Positions 9,632 to 19,667 of a stretch of 64,000 nucleotides of DNA are shown piece by piece; position 1 is the stretch's first letter, and each line of letters starts with the position of its first letter. Both the position numbers and the translations under genes were made by a program. The stretch lies in IMG/VR virus record IMGVR_UViG_3300019458_000021, positions 124,001 to 188,000 of that record. One strand, 5' to 3'. Below the pieces are notes generated by a model. That model saw only the letters and a list, made by a program, of their open reading frames with translations, was not told the DNA's origin and did no database searches.

Positions 9632-11410
9632 ATGCAGCTAAAAAGCCTACTGAGCGAATCGCGTTTGGACTACATCGCGAAAAAGCAGGGCGACGCTTTA
9701 ATAAAGGCTTACAGCCAAGATAAAGGTCCCAGCAAACCGAAGAACCTTCGAAAGCCGGAATCGGTTTTGAATGCCTTGGCGAACGCTGACCCATCACCGA
9801 ATCACCGGTACCTTCAATGGCTTGCTAATCGCTATATCCACAACGATTTCTCTCTCGAAGACCTTGATCGTGTCAATGCCGACCTAAACGATTTCCTTCG
9901 TGTGCGAAATCGTTTGTCGGTTCGCGACATCAATGCATATTCAGTTGATGAGTTGTACAAAGTGATGGAACCATTGCTCTCTGTTGGACAACAGGCAAGC
10001 ATGAAGCGAAAGCAACCATGGAAAGCTTCGGAAGGAGAGCAAAAGATGTTTGACGCAGGGCACGCTCGCCTGCTCTATCACGACGATCAGATTCGCGTTT
10101 TTGTACCAGACACGTTTGAAGCATCGTGCCACTTTGGTACCGGAACAAAATGGTGTACAACGTGGACGGATTCGCCCAACCACTTTACACGTTACAAAAA
10201 TCAAGGGCCGTTGTACATTGTAGACACCCCCGATGGAAAGTTTCAGTTCCACTTCGAGACGAACAGCTTCAACAATGACAAGGACCGTCCTGCCGAACTA
10301 GGCGCTCTTGTTGATCGTTATCCGCAACTGGAACGAGTATTCAAACAATTAGCCGACCAACATGGCATTCTTGGATTGCTTAAAAATCCAACTCATGAAG
10401 CTATGGTCAATTCGGTCACCCGTCGTCCAGACAGCATTCGACAGCTCCGGATCACGCACCTTACGCCTGAGATTGTTCAGAAAACGATGGATAATGTTGA
10501 CAGTTATCACGTCGACGATGTGTTCAGTTTCATCATGAAGTTTCGTCCGGATCTTGTAACAAAACATATCAAACATCTTGCGATCAAAGCCAAACCGTCG
10601 ACAATCAAGTCCATTCCGCCAGATGAATTGACAGCCCCGCAAGTGGAAGCTGCTATGAACGGAAAGAATGCTACAGACGTCGTTGAAACGTTTCGTTGGT
10701 TGGAGGCAAGCCGTCCTGAACTTGTTACCGATGATGTTCGTGTGCAAGTATTACAGAAAGACGGCCGAGTAATTGAGACGATTAAAAATCCAACACAAAC
10801 AATGGTTGAAGCAGCAATGTCTGACTTGAACACAACAAACGCCATCAAAGCGTTTAAGTGGATTATGGAACATGAGTTAAGCTCGAAGGTGAGTGACGAA
10901 GCGCTCGAAAAGATTGTTGGCCGTTCACGGCATGCGTTGAAGTTCATTCCTGAACACCGTCAAACGGATGAGATCATCAGCAAAGCATTGGAACATGATG
11001 TTGGTGCATTCTCGCACGTAAAACGAGTAACACCTGAAATCATTGCAAAGGCCGTTTCAGAAGGTGCGTTCATTATCAAAGACAATAAGTATATTAGGGA
11101 CAAAATCGATACCGCTTTGATGGTCAGAGCAGCAAAGATGAATCCTGAAGCGATGGCACATGAATTGGGAGGCTCGTACGATGTATACGATGTCGTTCCA
11201 CCATACGTCGATCTGAACAAGGTTCTTGCGGCAGCGATGCGTGAGAATGGACTTGCATTGGAACATATCAAACACGAAAAGCAGACGCCTGAGATAATCA
11301 AAGCTGCCGTTCGTAGCAATTCGGAAGCATGGAAGTTTGCGAACAAACATTTGATCGCAAAGGATCCTGTCCTGCGCGACTTGATGAAGGAGTACCAACG
11401 TGGAATTTGA
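9632..11410 (+). CDS. hypothetical protein with N-terminal phage domain and C-terminal DUF4116-like helical repeats
   Basis: 592 aa; ADPSPNHRYLQWL, ASCHFGTGTKWCT; repeats such as NGLALEHIKHEKQTPEIIKAAV. Confidence 0.65.
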   Translation: MQLKSLLSESRLDYIAKKQGDALIKAYSQDKGPSKPKNLRKPESVLNALANADPSPNHRYLQWLANRYIHNDFSLEDLDRVNADLNDFLRVRNRLSVRDINAYSVDELYKVMEPLLSVGQQASMKRKQPWKASEGEQKMFDAGHARLLYHDDQIRVFVPDTFEASCHFGTGTKWCTTWTDSPNHFTRYKNQGPLYIVDTPDGKFQFHFETNSFNNDKDRPAELGALVDRYPQLERVFKQLADQHGILGLLKNPTHEAMVNSVTRRPDSIRQLRITHLTPEIVQKTMDNVDSYHVDDVFSFIMKFRPDLVTKHIKHLAIKAKPSTIKSIPPDELTAPQVEAAMNGKNATDVVETFRWLEASRPELVTDDVRVQVLQKDGRVIETIKNPTQTMVEAAMSDLNTTNAIKAFKWIMEHELSSKVSDEALEKIVGRSRHALKFIPEHRQTDEIISKALEHDVGAFSHVKRVTPEIIAKAVSEGAFIIKDNKYIRDKIDTALMVRAAKMNPEAMAHELGGSYDVYDVVPPYVDLNKVLAAAMRENGLALEHIKHEKQTPEIIKAAVRSNSEAWKFANKHLIAKDPVLRDLMKEYQRGI

Positions 11411-11837
11411 GAAGAAGGAAAAGACAATCGCCCACCCGATGGAAGAGGTCCTAGGAATTGCGCCTGGTACAACTGTTGTTGAATACACCGACATGCTTCC
11501 GGCTGTCCCTGTTACTGCTCCTGAGTACGATGCAAAGGACGACGAAATCGAAGGTAAGATCGAAGAGATTTACGCCTTTGCAATGGCTAAAGTTGCCGGA
11601 ATTGCCGACCAGATTGATCTCGTGGAGGGTAAATACCGTGCCCGCTTGGGAGAAGTAACTGCAAACATGCTGAACATTGCTCTTGGTGCTGTTCGCGAAA
11701 AGCGTGAACTCAAACAACACAAGGACAAAATTTCCGTTCAGGACAAAGAAGCTGGCACACCACGCTCAGTAACAAACAACAACGTAATCCTCACGAGGAA
11801 TGAGCTGTTGGACATGCTCGCGAACAAGAACAAATGA
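11400..11837 (+). CDS. putative terminase small subunit
   Basis: 145 aa, HPMEEVLGI start, helical core, NNNVILTRNELLDML C-terminus like T4 gp16; upstream of TerL. Confidence 0.65.
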   Translation: MEFEKKEKTIAHPMEEVLGIAPGTTVVEYTDMLPAVPVTAPEYDAKDDEIEGKIEEIYAFAMAKVAGIADQIDLVEGKYRARLGEVTANMLNIALGAVREKRELKQHKDKISVQDKEAGTPRSVTNNNVILTRNELLDMLANKNK

Positions 11838-12568
11838 TTCTACTAGAAGTTGTCGAACAGATTGATCAACGTACAAAACAGGAACGCGTTGCAGCTGGTG
11901 CGCGAGCGCAGCGACTTGTTCGCGATGAACTGCGTCATCGTCTCGGTGATGAAATGCGTCGCGTTAAGCTTGCACGCGTTGGAAGTAAACTGTTTGACAT
12001 TCAAGCTGATATCAAAGGTGTTCGCCAACGCGTGGAAGTGAAATCGATGACGAAGGGGAAACCCCACTTTGCTTTCTTTGACACATATGTCAGCAAAGGA
12101 AGTCATAGTCCTCTACTCGACGAAATCACACAACGTGTGACACGAGGTAAGTATGAACACTTTTCCGAGTGTGTTGAGCAGGAAACGGATGGCGGATTTC
12201 CTTGTGAGAGTCAAGAGCAAGAGGTACATCGAAGTATCCGCAGCATTTTGAATCCAGGCACAACGTTTTCACCGGCACCAGCGACCCAACTTCCAAAATC
12301 TGGCCGTGTTCCAAAAGTGTTGAAGAATATCACCGATCCTTATACATTGGATTTTATTCGGTCAAAACTATTGGCAGATCTCGCAGCGAAAGACATCAAC
12401 TATCTTGCACTGCTTAACAGCACGACAGGAAAGGTTGATTATTATCACATTGTCGGTGAAAACTATATTGGTGCTCCAAACCTCCCTCAAGTTAAGCGAG
12501 CATCGTTCGACACATATGGAGCACCCCTTCAATGCTCAATGAGGGTAGTTGTAAGGATTGCCCTGTAA
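11834..12568 (+). CDS. hypothetical protein, possible PD-(D/E)xK nuclease fold
   Basis: 244 aa, FDIQADIKGVRQRVEVKS motif; ATGA overlap with the upstream gene. Confidence 0.5.
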   Translation: MILLEVVEQIDQRTKQERVAAGARAQRLVRDELRHRLGDEMRRVKLARVGSKLFDIQADIKGVRQRVEVKSMTKGKPHFAFFDTYVSKGSHSPLLDEITQRVTRGKYEHFSECVEQETDGGFPCESQEQEVHRSIRSILNPGTTFSPAPATQLPKSGRVPKVLKNITDPYTLDFIRSKLLADLAAKDINYLALLNSTTGKVDYYHIVGENYIGAPNLPQVKRASFDTYGAPLQCSMRVVVRIAL

Positions 12569-12587
12569 AAAACGTTCTATATAAGGC

Positions 12588-14183
12588 ATGAGCCGCAAGA
12601 ACGAATACATCAAGCGCAGTAACGCTACAACCGTAGAAGAGTTTACTGCAGATCAAGTTGTCGAATATACGAAGTGCATGGATGACCCTGTGTACTTCAT
12701 CCTGAATTACTGTCGTCTGCAACATCCTGTGAAAGGCGACATCGCATTTGCAATGTACCCGTATCAGAAACGTGTTGTTACAACGTTTTTCCATAACCGC
12801 CTTGTAATCGTCCTAGCAGCTCGTCAAACAGGCAAGTCATGGACTGTAGGTGCATACATGTTGTGGTATGCGATGTTCAAGAAAGACAAGACATGTATCA
12901 TTGCGTCGAACAAAGAAGAAAACGCAATGGAAATGATCCACCGTATCCGGTTCATGTACGAGCGTATTCCAAACTGGTTGAAAGCAGGCGTGACCGACGA
13001 CGGTTACAACAAGCACCGATTCTCGTTTGATAATGGATCTCGTATTCTTGCAGAGACGACAAGTGAAAACACAGGCCGTGGTAAAGGTGCTTCGTTGCTG
13101 TTTTTGGACGAATTTGCGCACGTTCGCGAAAACATTCAGGAAGAGTTTTGGACATCTACGGCACCAACATTCTCGACGGGTGGTGATTGTATTATCTGTT
13201 CAACGCCAAACGGTGACACAAACCGTTTCGCGCAGCTGTGGCGTGCGGCGGAATTGTACCAATCTGAAATCGTTCACGTTCAAGACGAACCGAAAGCCGA
13301 AAACGACATCTCTGGTGCGGATTTCATCCCGATTGAAGTAAAATGGAATGAAGCGCCCGGTCGCGATGAACGATTCAAGCAGAGCGAAATTCGTAAGATC
13401 GGTGAAGTAAAATGGCGACAAGAATACGAGTGTCAGTTTCTGTCGTCAGATCCTGTTCTTATTGATCCAGTCGTTGTTGCTCGTCTTTGGAAGGAAACGG
13501 AAAAGACGAAACCTGTTGCGGTGATTCAGGACATCGTATTCTTTGAGCTGCCAAAACCTAACGCCGTGTATCTTGTTGGTGTTGATCCTGCGACAGGGTC
13601 TGGACGTGACTACACAGCGTTCAATGTCTTCTCCCATCCAAGCATGGTACAGGTTGCTGAGTATCGCTCGAATACCATGTCAAGTGTGACAGCGTACCAA
13701 TCTTTGAAACAATTGCTCCGCGTGTACGAAAAAGCTCAATCGACTGTGTTCTTCTCGATCGAAAATAATGGTGTGGGTGAAGCAATGATTTCATTGTACG
13801 AAGCGGATGAAGCACCACCGGATACAGCCGAATTCATCAGCGAGACCGGACAAAAACGTCGTGGAATGACGACCACCGGCAAAGCAAAAATCAAAGCGTG
13901 TTTGGCACTAAAGGAAATGGTTGAACGAAACACAATCAAGCTTCACTCACCAACCCTTATTGCAGAGATGAAGAACTTCGTTAGGAAGGCGGGCTCGTAC
14001 AGTGCAAAATCAAGTTCGACAGATGATTTGATTTCTGGCTGCCTTATTGCTCTTCGTGTTCTACAAGAGATCTCGTCATTTGACCAAGACGCTTACGAAA
14101 AGCTGTACAATCCAGCGTACTATGAAATTGGTCCAGCAGAAGAATACGACGAGTCGTACGAACCAGACCCTGTTGTCATTTAA
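12588..14183 (+). CDS. terL: terminase large subunit (T4 gp17-like)
   Basis: Walker [12 protein letters not shown], Walker [21 protein letters not shown], nuclease [15 protein letters not shown]. Confidence 0.97.
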   Translation: MSRKNEYIKRSNATTVEEFTADQVVEYTKCMDDPVYFILNYCRLQHPVKGDIAFAMYPYQKRVVTTFFHNRLVIVLAARQTGKSWTVGAYMLWYAMFKKDKTCIIASNKEENAMEMIHRIRFMYERIPNWLKAGVTDDGYNKHRFSFDNGSRILAETTSENTGRGKGASLLFLDEFAHVRENIQEEFWTSTAPTFSTGGDCIICSTPNGDTNRFAQLWRAAELYQSEIVHVQDEPKAENDISGADFIPIEVKWNEAPGRDERFKQSEIRKIGEVKWRQEYECQFLSSDPVLIDPVVVARLWKETEKTKPVAVIQDIVFFELPKPNAVYLVGVDPATGSGRDYTAFNVFSHPSMVQVAEYRSNTMSSVTAYQSLKQLLRVYEKAQSTVFFSIENNGVGEAMISLYEADEAPPDTAEFISETGQKRRGMTTTGKAKIKACLALKEMVERNTIKLHSPTLIAEMKNFVRKAGSYSAKSSSTDDLISGCLIALRVLQEISSFDQDAYEKLYNPAYYEIGPAEEYDESYEPDPVVI

Positions 14184-14254
14184 CCCTGTTTCATATTAGA
14201 ATCCGGTAAATACTGGATTCTGAACATGAACGCACCAACTCTTTTCATGCCAAT

Positions 14255-14669
14255 TGCACCTTATCATCAGACCCACTTTTGATTGACACTCTTGCGTTAG
14301 AGAGCCTTACAACAGAACTTAGAGGCATTACTCACATTGGTACGTTTGATGAATTTAAGTTTTATAAACAACCAACAACTGGCTCCACACTTTTAGTTGG
14401 CGTTGATCCAGCAACGGGCAATGGAGAGGACTATACAGCAATTGAAGTGTATGAGTTTCCTTCGTTAGAACAAGTGGCAGAATTTCGTTCAAACACAACA
14501 TCGTCTGTGACAGCATATCAGAAACTGAAAAAGCTTCTAAAAGTTTTAGAGAAAGCTTTCGTTTGACCAGGATGCATACGACAAGTTATTTGTTCATGCT
14601 TATAATGATGTGGATGTTAGCGAGGAGTATGATGAGAACGACGTTCCTCTACCGATTTCGTTTAGTTGA
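14255..14669 (+). pseudogene. diverged second copy of terL 3' half with large internal deletion and frameshift
   Basis: LSSDPLLID...[15 protein letters not shown]...SVTAYQKLKKLLKVLEKA (frame of 14279) then, in +1 frame from 14559, SFDQDAYDKLF...PLPISFS* matching the TerL C-terminus [11 protein letters not shown]. Confidence 0.85.
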
Positions 14670-14707
14670 CCTTACTCTTAATAGAATAATGCGGTTGTTT
14701 TCCCCAC

Positions 14708-14714
14708 ATAAATA
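14708..14714 (+). promoter_or_regulatory. late promoter in hairpin loop upstream of HNH gene
   Basis: TTTTCCC(14698-14704)..ATAAATA..GGGAAAA(14723-14729). Confidence 0.55.
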
Positions 14715-14752
14715 CATATTCAGGGAAAAGTAAATAAGCTATAAGGAACAAT

Positions 14753-15292
14753 ATGGCATACACGGAAAAACAACGTGAATACAACCGTAGATGGCGGCAA
14801 AAGGATCCCAAACGCTGGCAACGGCACCTTGCGCAAGTGAAACAATGGCGTAAGGAAAACAGAGCGAAATGGCTTGAAACACACCGAGCAACGAGGTCCC
14901 GTCCCGAATACAAGGAGCGAGAGAAAAAACGAGCAATAGAAGCCCGTCGCAACAACCCTCTTAAATATGTTGCACAAGGTCTTCAACAGAGAGCAAGAAA
15001 GCTGGGCCTTGAGTGTAACGTTAACACGCAATATCTCAAATCTATATGGACTGACCAATGTCCAATTCTGAACGTGCCGTTGTTTGCTGGTGTAAAAAGA
15101 GGGACAATACCAGAACTGAACCTTGCAAGTGTTGATCGTCTTGACAACACAAAAGGATATATAAAGGGCAACGTTCACTTTATTTCTTACAGAGTGAACA
15201 ATATAAAATCTGATGCGTCGTTTGAAGAAATCGAACGGCTGTACAACTGGTGGAAAGCAAACAAAGCGAATGAAAGTCAACCAACTACTTGA
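14753..15292 (+). mobile_element. free-standing HNH-type homing endonuclease
   Basis: Basic helical N-terminus, then CPILNVPL, SVDRLDNTKGYIKGNVHFISYRVNNIK motif. Confidence 0.8.
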
Positions 15293-15767
15293 GAACGCTC
15301 AATCAACTTTATTTGTTCCAATTAGTCCGTCAGGCGGAGGCAAATCTACTCTCTATCAAAAACTAAAAACACAAAATCCCGATCTTCTCGTTTTTTCGCT
15401 GGATATACTGCGTCATGAATTTTACGACCCTAGTGATTACGCCGCCGCTTGGAGGGCATCAAATGAAGATCCACAGTTCAAACAAAGAGCAAATGATCGT
15501 TTCCTTGAATTAATTAAAACGGGAAAAGATATCTATGTGGATAATACATCTTTGACACCTAAACGCCGCCGATTTTACCTTAATGCAGCTCGTCAACACG
15601 GTTACAAAACTATAGCCTATGTCTTTGATGTTGACCTGCCAACATTAATTGCCAGACAAAAAACCAGATCAGATAAAAGTGTGCCTGAAGAAGCCGTTCG
15701 CCAACAGTATAAGTCGTTAGTTGGTCCACAAGCGGGCGAATTTGATCAGGTTGTTAATGTAAAATAA
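15270..15767 (+). CDS. P-loop kinase (polynucleotide kinase/AAA_33-like)
   Basis: SPSGGGKST Walker A, SLDILR, IYVDNTSL, R.KTR..KSVPEEAVRQQ; ATG 15270. Confidence 0.85.
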   Translation: MKVNQLLENAQSTLFVPISPSGGGKSTLYQKLKTQNPDLLVFSLDILRHEFYDPSDYAAAWRASNEDPQFKQRANDRFLELIKTGKDIYVDNTSLTPKRRRFYLNAARQHGYKTIAYVFDVDLPTLIARQKTRSDKSVPEEAVRQQYKSLVGPQAGEFDQVVNVK

Positions 15768-16084
15768 TGAATACTTACTTAATTTACAAACACACGTCTC
15801 CCTCTGGAAAAAGTTATATAGGACAAACGGGGGCGTTCAAAAGGAGAACACAGGAACATTTATCGTCAAAGTCTTGTTGCCGAGCCTTTCTGAAAGCTAT
15901 ACAAAAATATGGCTGGGAGTCCTTTACGCATGAAATTTTAGCGCAAGAGCTGACATTAGATGAAGCCAACCGGTTGGAGAAAAAGTATATCGTTGAACAC
16001 AACACCCTTGTCCCAAACGGATATAACCTGACGTCTGGTGGAAGCAATTATCAATTATGCTCGTGCTTGGAAGATGTCGACTGA
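15767..16084 (+). mobile_element. GIY-YIG endonuclease, catalytic domain only (3'-truncated)
   Basis: YLIYKHTSPSGKSYIGQT, RR..EH, AIQKYG, LEKKYI, NGYNLTSGG; no DNA-binding tail. Confidence 0.8.
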
Positions 16085-16385
16085 AGACTCGCAGTTTGGC
16101 AAGAAGGCGAACGATGAGTATTTGCGCTTGTTAGATGAAGGTATCGATCTGTACGTTGACAACATGAACCTTTCACCAAAGAAACGGAAGTGGTTCTTGG
16201 AACAAGCAAAGAAGCGTGGTTACAAAACGGTGGCGGTAGTGTTTCCGAACGTAACACTGGATGTGCTGTTGGCTCGCCAAAAGACGCGAGGCGACAAGAA
16301 TGTACCAGAAGCTGCTGTTCGTCAGCAGTGGATGGCTTTGAAAGGACCTGAACGCGGTGAATTCGACACAATCATTAGCGCTTAA
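16038..16385 (+). pseudogene. 5'-truncated paralog of the upstream kinase (no P-loop)
   Basis: YARAWKMSTEDSQF..ANDEYL.L...DLYVDNMNLSPKKR..GYKTVAVVF..RQKTRGDKNVPEAAVRQQ..GEFD aligns with residues from about 55 to the end of the 15270 kinase. Confidence 0.8.
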
Positions 16386-16935
16386 GCTGATCCGAGGTTG
16401 CCGTATTCTCGATCAGCTTAAGCTACTAGCTGAAGACAGCACATATCCGGAGTTGTACACCGATATCCAGCGCGGATTTCCGAACACACAACGACGTCAG
16501 CATGCGACAAATGAAGTGTCGATTCGGCAGCTGTCATATCTGCCGTATATTGGAATGAAAATGCTGCAGATTCGTGCTCAATGTCGTAGCAATCAACATG
16601 ACTATCAACCGATTCTTCAATTGTTGAACGTCACGTTCGAAAACGCTGACTCTCCAGAGAACGTCACATTCAACGCACAGGGCACAGATTATCACATGCA
16701 GCCTGTTGACCTTGATCAAAGTCGGGTGAAAGTTCGCTGCAACTGTCTTGACTTCTACTACCGATTTGCAATGACGAATTTTAACGACAACAGTCTTGTT
16801 GGTCGTTCACCACCAGTGTACCGTCGGGTGCCAGGATCGAACCGACCACCAGCAAATCCGATGAACGTTCCTGGGCTTTGCCGCCATTTAATCAAGGTTG
16901 TTCAGCGGTTGCAACAGTTAGGATTCGTTCGATAG
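16357..16935 (+). CDS. conserved jumbo-phage protein with SWIM-like Zn motif
   Basis: VKVRCNCLDFYYRF...GLCRHLIKV; start codon uncertain (GTG). Confidence 0.65.
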   Translation: MNSTQSLALKLIRGCRILDQLKLLAEDSTYPELYTDIQRGFPNTQRRQHATNEVSIRQLSYLPYIGMKMLQIRAQCRSNQHDYQPILQLLNVTFENADSPENVTFNAQGTDYHMQPVDLDQSRVKVRCNCLDFYYRFAMTNFNDNSLVGRSPPVYRRVPGSNRPPANPMNVPGLCRHLIKVVQRLQQLGFVR

Positions 16936-16984
16936 GTCTCTCTGTTCTTCTGGATTCTATATAACAAAAACCAGGAGATAACAG

Positions 16985-17956
16985 ATGGATACCCGAACTA
17001 TACAACACATTCTTCGTTGGGAATGGTTACCAGTCGTTGGTGATAATTTCCGTAAAGCTCGTATCGAAAGAGAAGAAGCTGCTGAATATCAAAAGATGTT
17101 TGAGGCACAGCTTCATTGGTTGAAGGCAATGGCCGGAGCTCCACACGATCTAGCAAAGAAAAAGCTCCATCACGATGCATATTGGCGCAAGCGCTGGGAA
17201 AAACGAAGCAACGAACCAATTTCACTCGCCCCAGTCTTTCCATTCTTTGGAACACCTGGAGACGTGTCTACGACGGCGCGTCCAATCGAAGAAATTATCG
17301 AAGCAATTCCTGACAAACGTATCCCGAAATTTGACGAAGACACCACACTTGCTGAACTTTTGTATCCGACAAAAAGAGTTCTGCCAAGTATTTCTCAAGA
17401 AGAAGCGGTAGCTCGAATCACAAGACTGGCAGGTCAGTGGTACGATCGGATTGATAGAATTGGTTTGAAACACAACTGGAGTATTGAACATCTTGAAGGA
17501 ATCGAGCTTGAAGATGTCTTTCTTCACCTTCTCGGAAATCTAGGCAATGTGCAAGCATCTGGTTATGCTGACGATCCTGACATCCAGCTTGTGTTTTTCG
17601 TTCATTCGCCTCGTTTTATTCCTGCATGCATCGAGAAAGATTGCGACAGTTCGAACAGCATCATCATTCCGTTCAGCCCAAATTGTACATGGCAAGGTCG
17701 TGGCTTGCTGAATTTTGACACAAGCATGAGAATCGCTCGTTGGTTTGATTGTGAATTGAAACCAGTCGCTGATGAGTGGCGAGCAACGTTTATGCTTGAT
17801 CGGACATGTTCATGGCAATCGAAGAATCCATCTGAAGCAATCCTGAAAGCACTTTTACAGGCTAGGATCCTTGAGATTCAGACAGGGCTTTCCGCACAGC
17901 TGCCGCCTTTTCCTCCAAACGACGCTTCGTCGGAAGATCTGGTTCTAGTCCAGTAA
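16985..17956 (+). CDS. hypothetical protein
   Basis: 323 aa ORF with AGGAG SD. Confidence 0.7.
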   Translation: MDTRTIQHILRWEWLPVVGDNFRKARIEREEAAEYQKMFEAQLHWLKAMAGAPHDLAKKKLHHDAYWRKRWEKRSNEPISLAPVFPFFGTPGDVSTTARPIEEIIEAIPDKRIPKFDEDTTLAELLYPTKRVLPSISQEEAVARITRLAGQWYDRIDRIGLKHNWSIEHLEGIELEDVFLHLLGNLGNVQASGYADDPDIQLVFFVHSPRFIPACIEKDCDSSNSIIIPFSPNCTWQGRGLLNFDTSMRIARWFDCELKPVADEWRATFMLDRTCSWQSKNPSEAILKALLQARILEIQTGLSAQLPPFPPNDASSEDLVLVQ

Positions 17957-18662
17957 TAACCGGCTTGCCTTCTGTGGTACGTTGAAACAAGAAACCAGGC
18001 TTCTCTGGTTTCTTTTGTTTGCCAAATGTTTCTCGAACAACATCATCGAGCTTTTCCTCATCTGTGTCTTCATCTTCAGGCATATCACGGTGATCGCTTT
18101 TCATGCGCTCATCACCTTCAACATCATGATCGGGTGGAAACTCAGGACGTGTGAACTGGTTTGTTGGAGCAGGTTGCTGGTCAATTTGCACACCACCTCC
18201 ACCAGTTGTTTCCTCTACATTCTTTTCGTCTTTCTTTTGTTCGATTGGACCCTCTTTTTCCTTCGTTTCAACCGGTTCTGATTTGTCCTTGTTGGGCTGC
18301 TCAATCTTGGCAGTTACTTGTGGTTTGGACGCTTTTTGAAGCGTTACTTCAGGATCCTTCAACACAATCAGATTACCTGTTGCTGGTTCGAAGTAGTATC
18401 CGTCGATAACCACCTCGATTCGAAAAGCGTGAGCATTTGAACTTTGGCTTAAGAACGACAACGGAGCAAGTTTAACGTACCATTTTGTTGAGCTATCAGC
18501 ACGTCGTTCGCACTTGAATGACAAATCGCCCTTGTGAACGTCTGTAATCACAAAACGAACCTGCGCAGCATTCTCTGGTTCTTCTACAGAGATCCCTTGA
18601 ATGTTGACTTCAAACTCGAGTTCTGTCTCACGAGCACTGTTTACACGGATATTCGCGTCCAC
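17862..18662 (-). CDS. hypothetical (probably late/virion) protein, Ig-like N-domain plus acidic tail
   Basis: 266 aa; GTG start with GAGG SD; minus-strand ATAAATA at 18683-18689. Confidence 0.65.
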   Translation of the reverse strand: MDANIRVNSARETELEFEVNIQGISVEEPENAAQVRFVITDVHKGDLSFKCERRADSSTKWYVKLAPLSFLSQSSNAHAFRIEVVIDGYYFEPATGNLIVLKDPEVTLQKASKPQVTAKIEQPNKDKSEPVETKEKEGPIEQKKDEKNVEETTGGGGVQIDQQPAPTNQFTRPEFPPDHDVEGDERMKSDHRDMPEDEDTDEEKLDDVVRETFGKQKKPEKPGFLFQRTTEGKPVITGLEPDLPTKRRLEEKAAAVRKALSESQGS

Positions 18663-18681
18663 TGATGTTTCCTCTAATCAC

Positions 18682-19074
18682 TTATTTATCAACAAACCAT
18701 GCCGTAACTGTGCGAACCGCTTGTTTCAAACCATGCACAGCGATTGATGTTTTGTCCTTGATTGTATTGATGAAACCAATGATCTCAATCAAAATTGCAG
18801 CTTTCTTCCGGTCAACAACGTACATTTTCTTCCATTGGTGCTCTCTTGTTGTCACAGTGATCATCACCATCCTAGTGTTTGTGTCGATCTTTTGACCAAT
18901 AGGAGTGAAGTATGCAGGGATGTGAAATGGGCCACCACCCTTGGCCTCTTCTACAACGACGACGATTTGACAACCGCAGATCAGACCGAAGTTGGCCGTC
19001 AACAACGCACAGCAAGCAGGAAAACATAGTCCCTTGGTGATGATCGCACTATACGTGTGAGTAGGTATCGTCAT
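18682..19074 (-). CDS. hypothetical protein
   Basis: 130 aa, ATGA-coupled to the upstream minus-strand gene; Cys cluster. Confidence 0.6.
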   Translation of the reverse strand: MTIPTHTYSAIITKGLCFPACCALLTANFGLICGCQIVVVVEEAKGGGPFHIPAYFTPIGQKIDTNTRMVMITVTTREHQWKKMYVVDRKKAAILIEIIGFINTIKDKTSIAVHGLKQAVRTVTAWFVDK

Positions 19075-19658
19075 GGACAGAATTGTGGGTCTCTCTCACA
19101 CACCTCAACAACGCTCGGAGCACCAAACTGATCACGCAAGTCGAATACTTGGAGTGGCGTAACGCAGTCATCGTCATAAACCGTCAACGTTTTTGCAACG
19201 GGGTCAATTCTTGTTCTGTTTCGCTCGTATTTCAACAAAGTTTGAATCAAAGAAATTGCGGTGGCAACACTTATGATAATGCTCGTTGTGTCCGCCTTAA
19301 TAGCGTTCAATACGAAACCCGTTGTACCAAGATTCAAGTGATTGGCCGCTGGTTCCTCCCATGTAGAAAAAGCAACGTCGTCATGATAGCTTTCATTGAC
19401 AGTTGCTTGATACCGTTCTCCCGGACACGTTGTAGATCCGCCGTCGACCGTAACAGTATAGTTGAAGGCCCGATCATATGTTGTGAAATCGTATCGATAC
19501 CAACCATTTGCCACTTCTGTCATAGCTGCTGCATTAACGGCAGTTGTAAACAGAGCAGGGTTGAGCGGATCGAGTTCGAGAATCGTTACCGTAGGCGTCA
19601 ACCCAGTTTTTGGAATACCTGCTTGTGTAAGAAAGGCTGTGATGATTTTCGTTGTCAT
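19071..19658 (-). CDS. hypothetical virion protein
   Basis: 195 aa; GLTPTVTI..MTEVANGWYRYDF, RIDPVAKTLTVYDDD. Confidence 0.65.
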   Translation of the reverse strand: MTTKIITAFLTQAGIPKTGLTPTVTILELDPLNPALFTTAVNAAAMTEVANGWYRYDFTTYDRAFNYTVTVDGGSTTCPGERYQATVNESYHDDVAFSTWEEPAANHLNLGTTGFVLNAIKADTTSIIISVATAISLIQTLLKYERNRTRIDPVAKTLTVYDDDCVTPLQVFDLRDQFGAPSVVEVCERDPQFCP

Positions 19659-19667
19659 TATGAACCC

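Noticed and set aside
14210-14260. SFHAN-C just before the terL duplicate resembles an intein C-terminus
   Set aside because: No other intein blocks, and the register is off by one against [10 protein letters not shown].
16381-16422. 12 bp perfect inverted repeat CTTAAGCTGATC/GATCAGCTTAAG
   Set aside because: Lies inside coding sequence, has no T-tract and no second copy; function unsupported, though it could affect translation of the 16357 gene.
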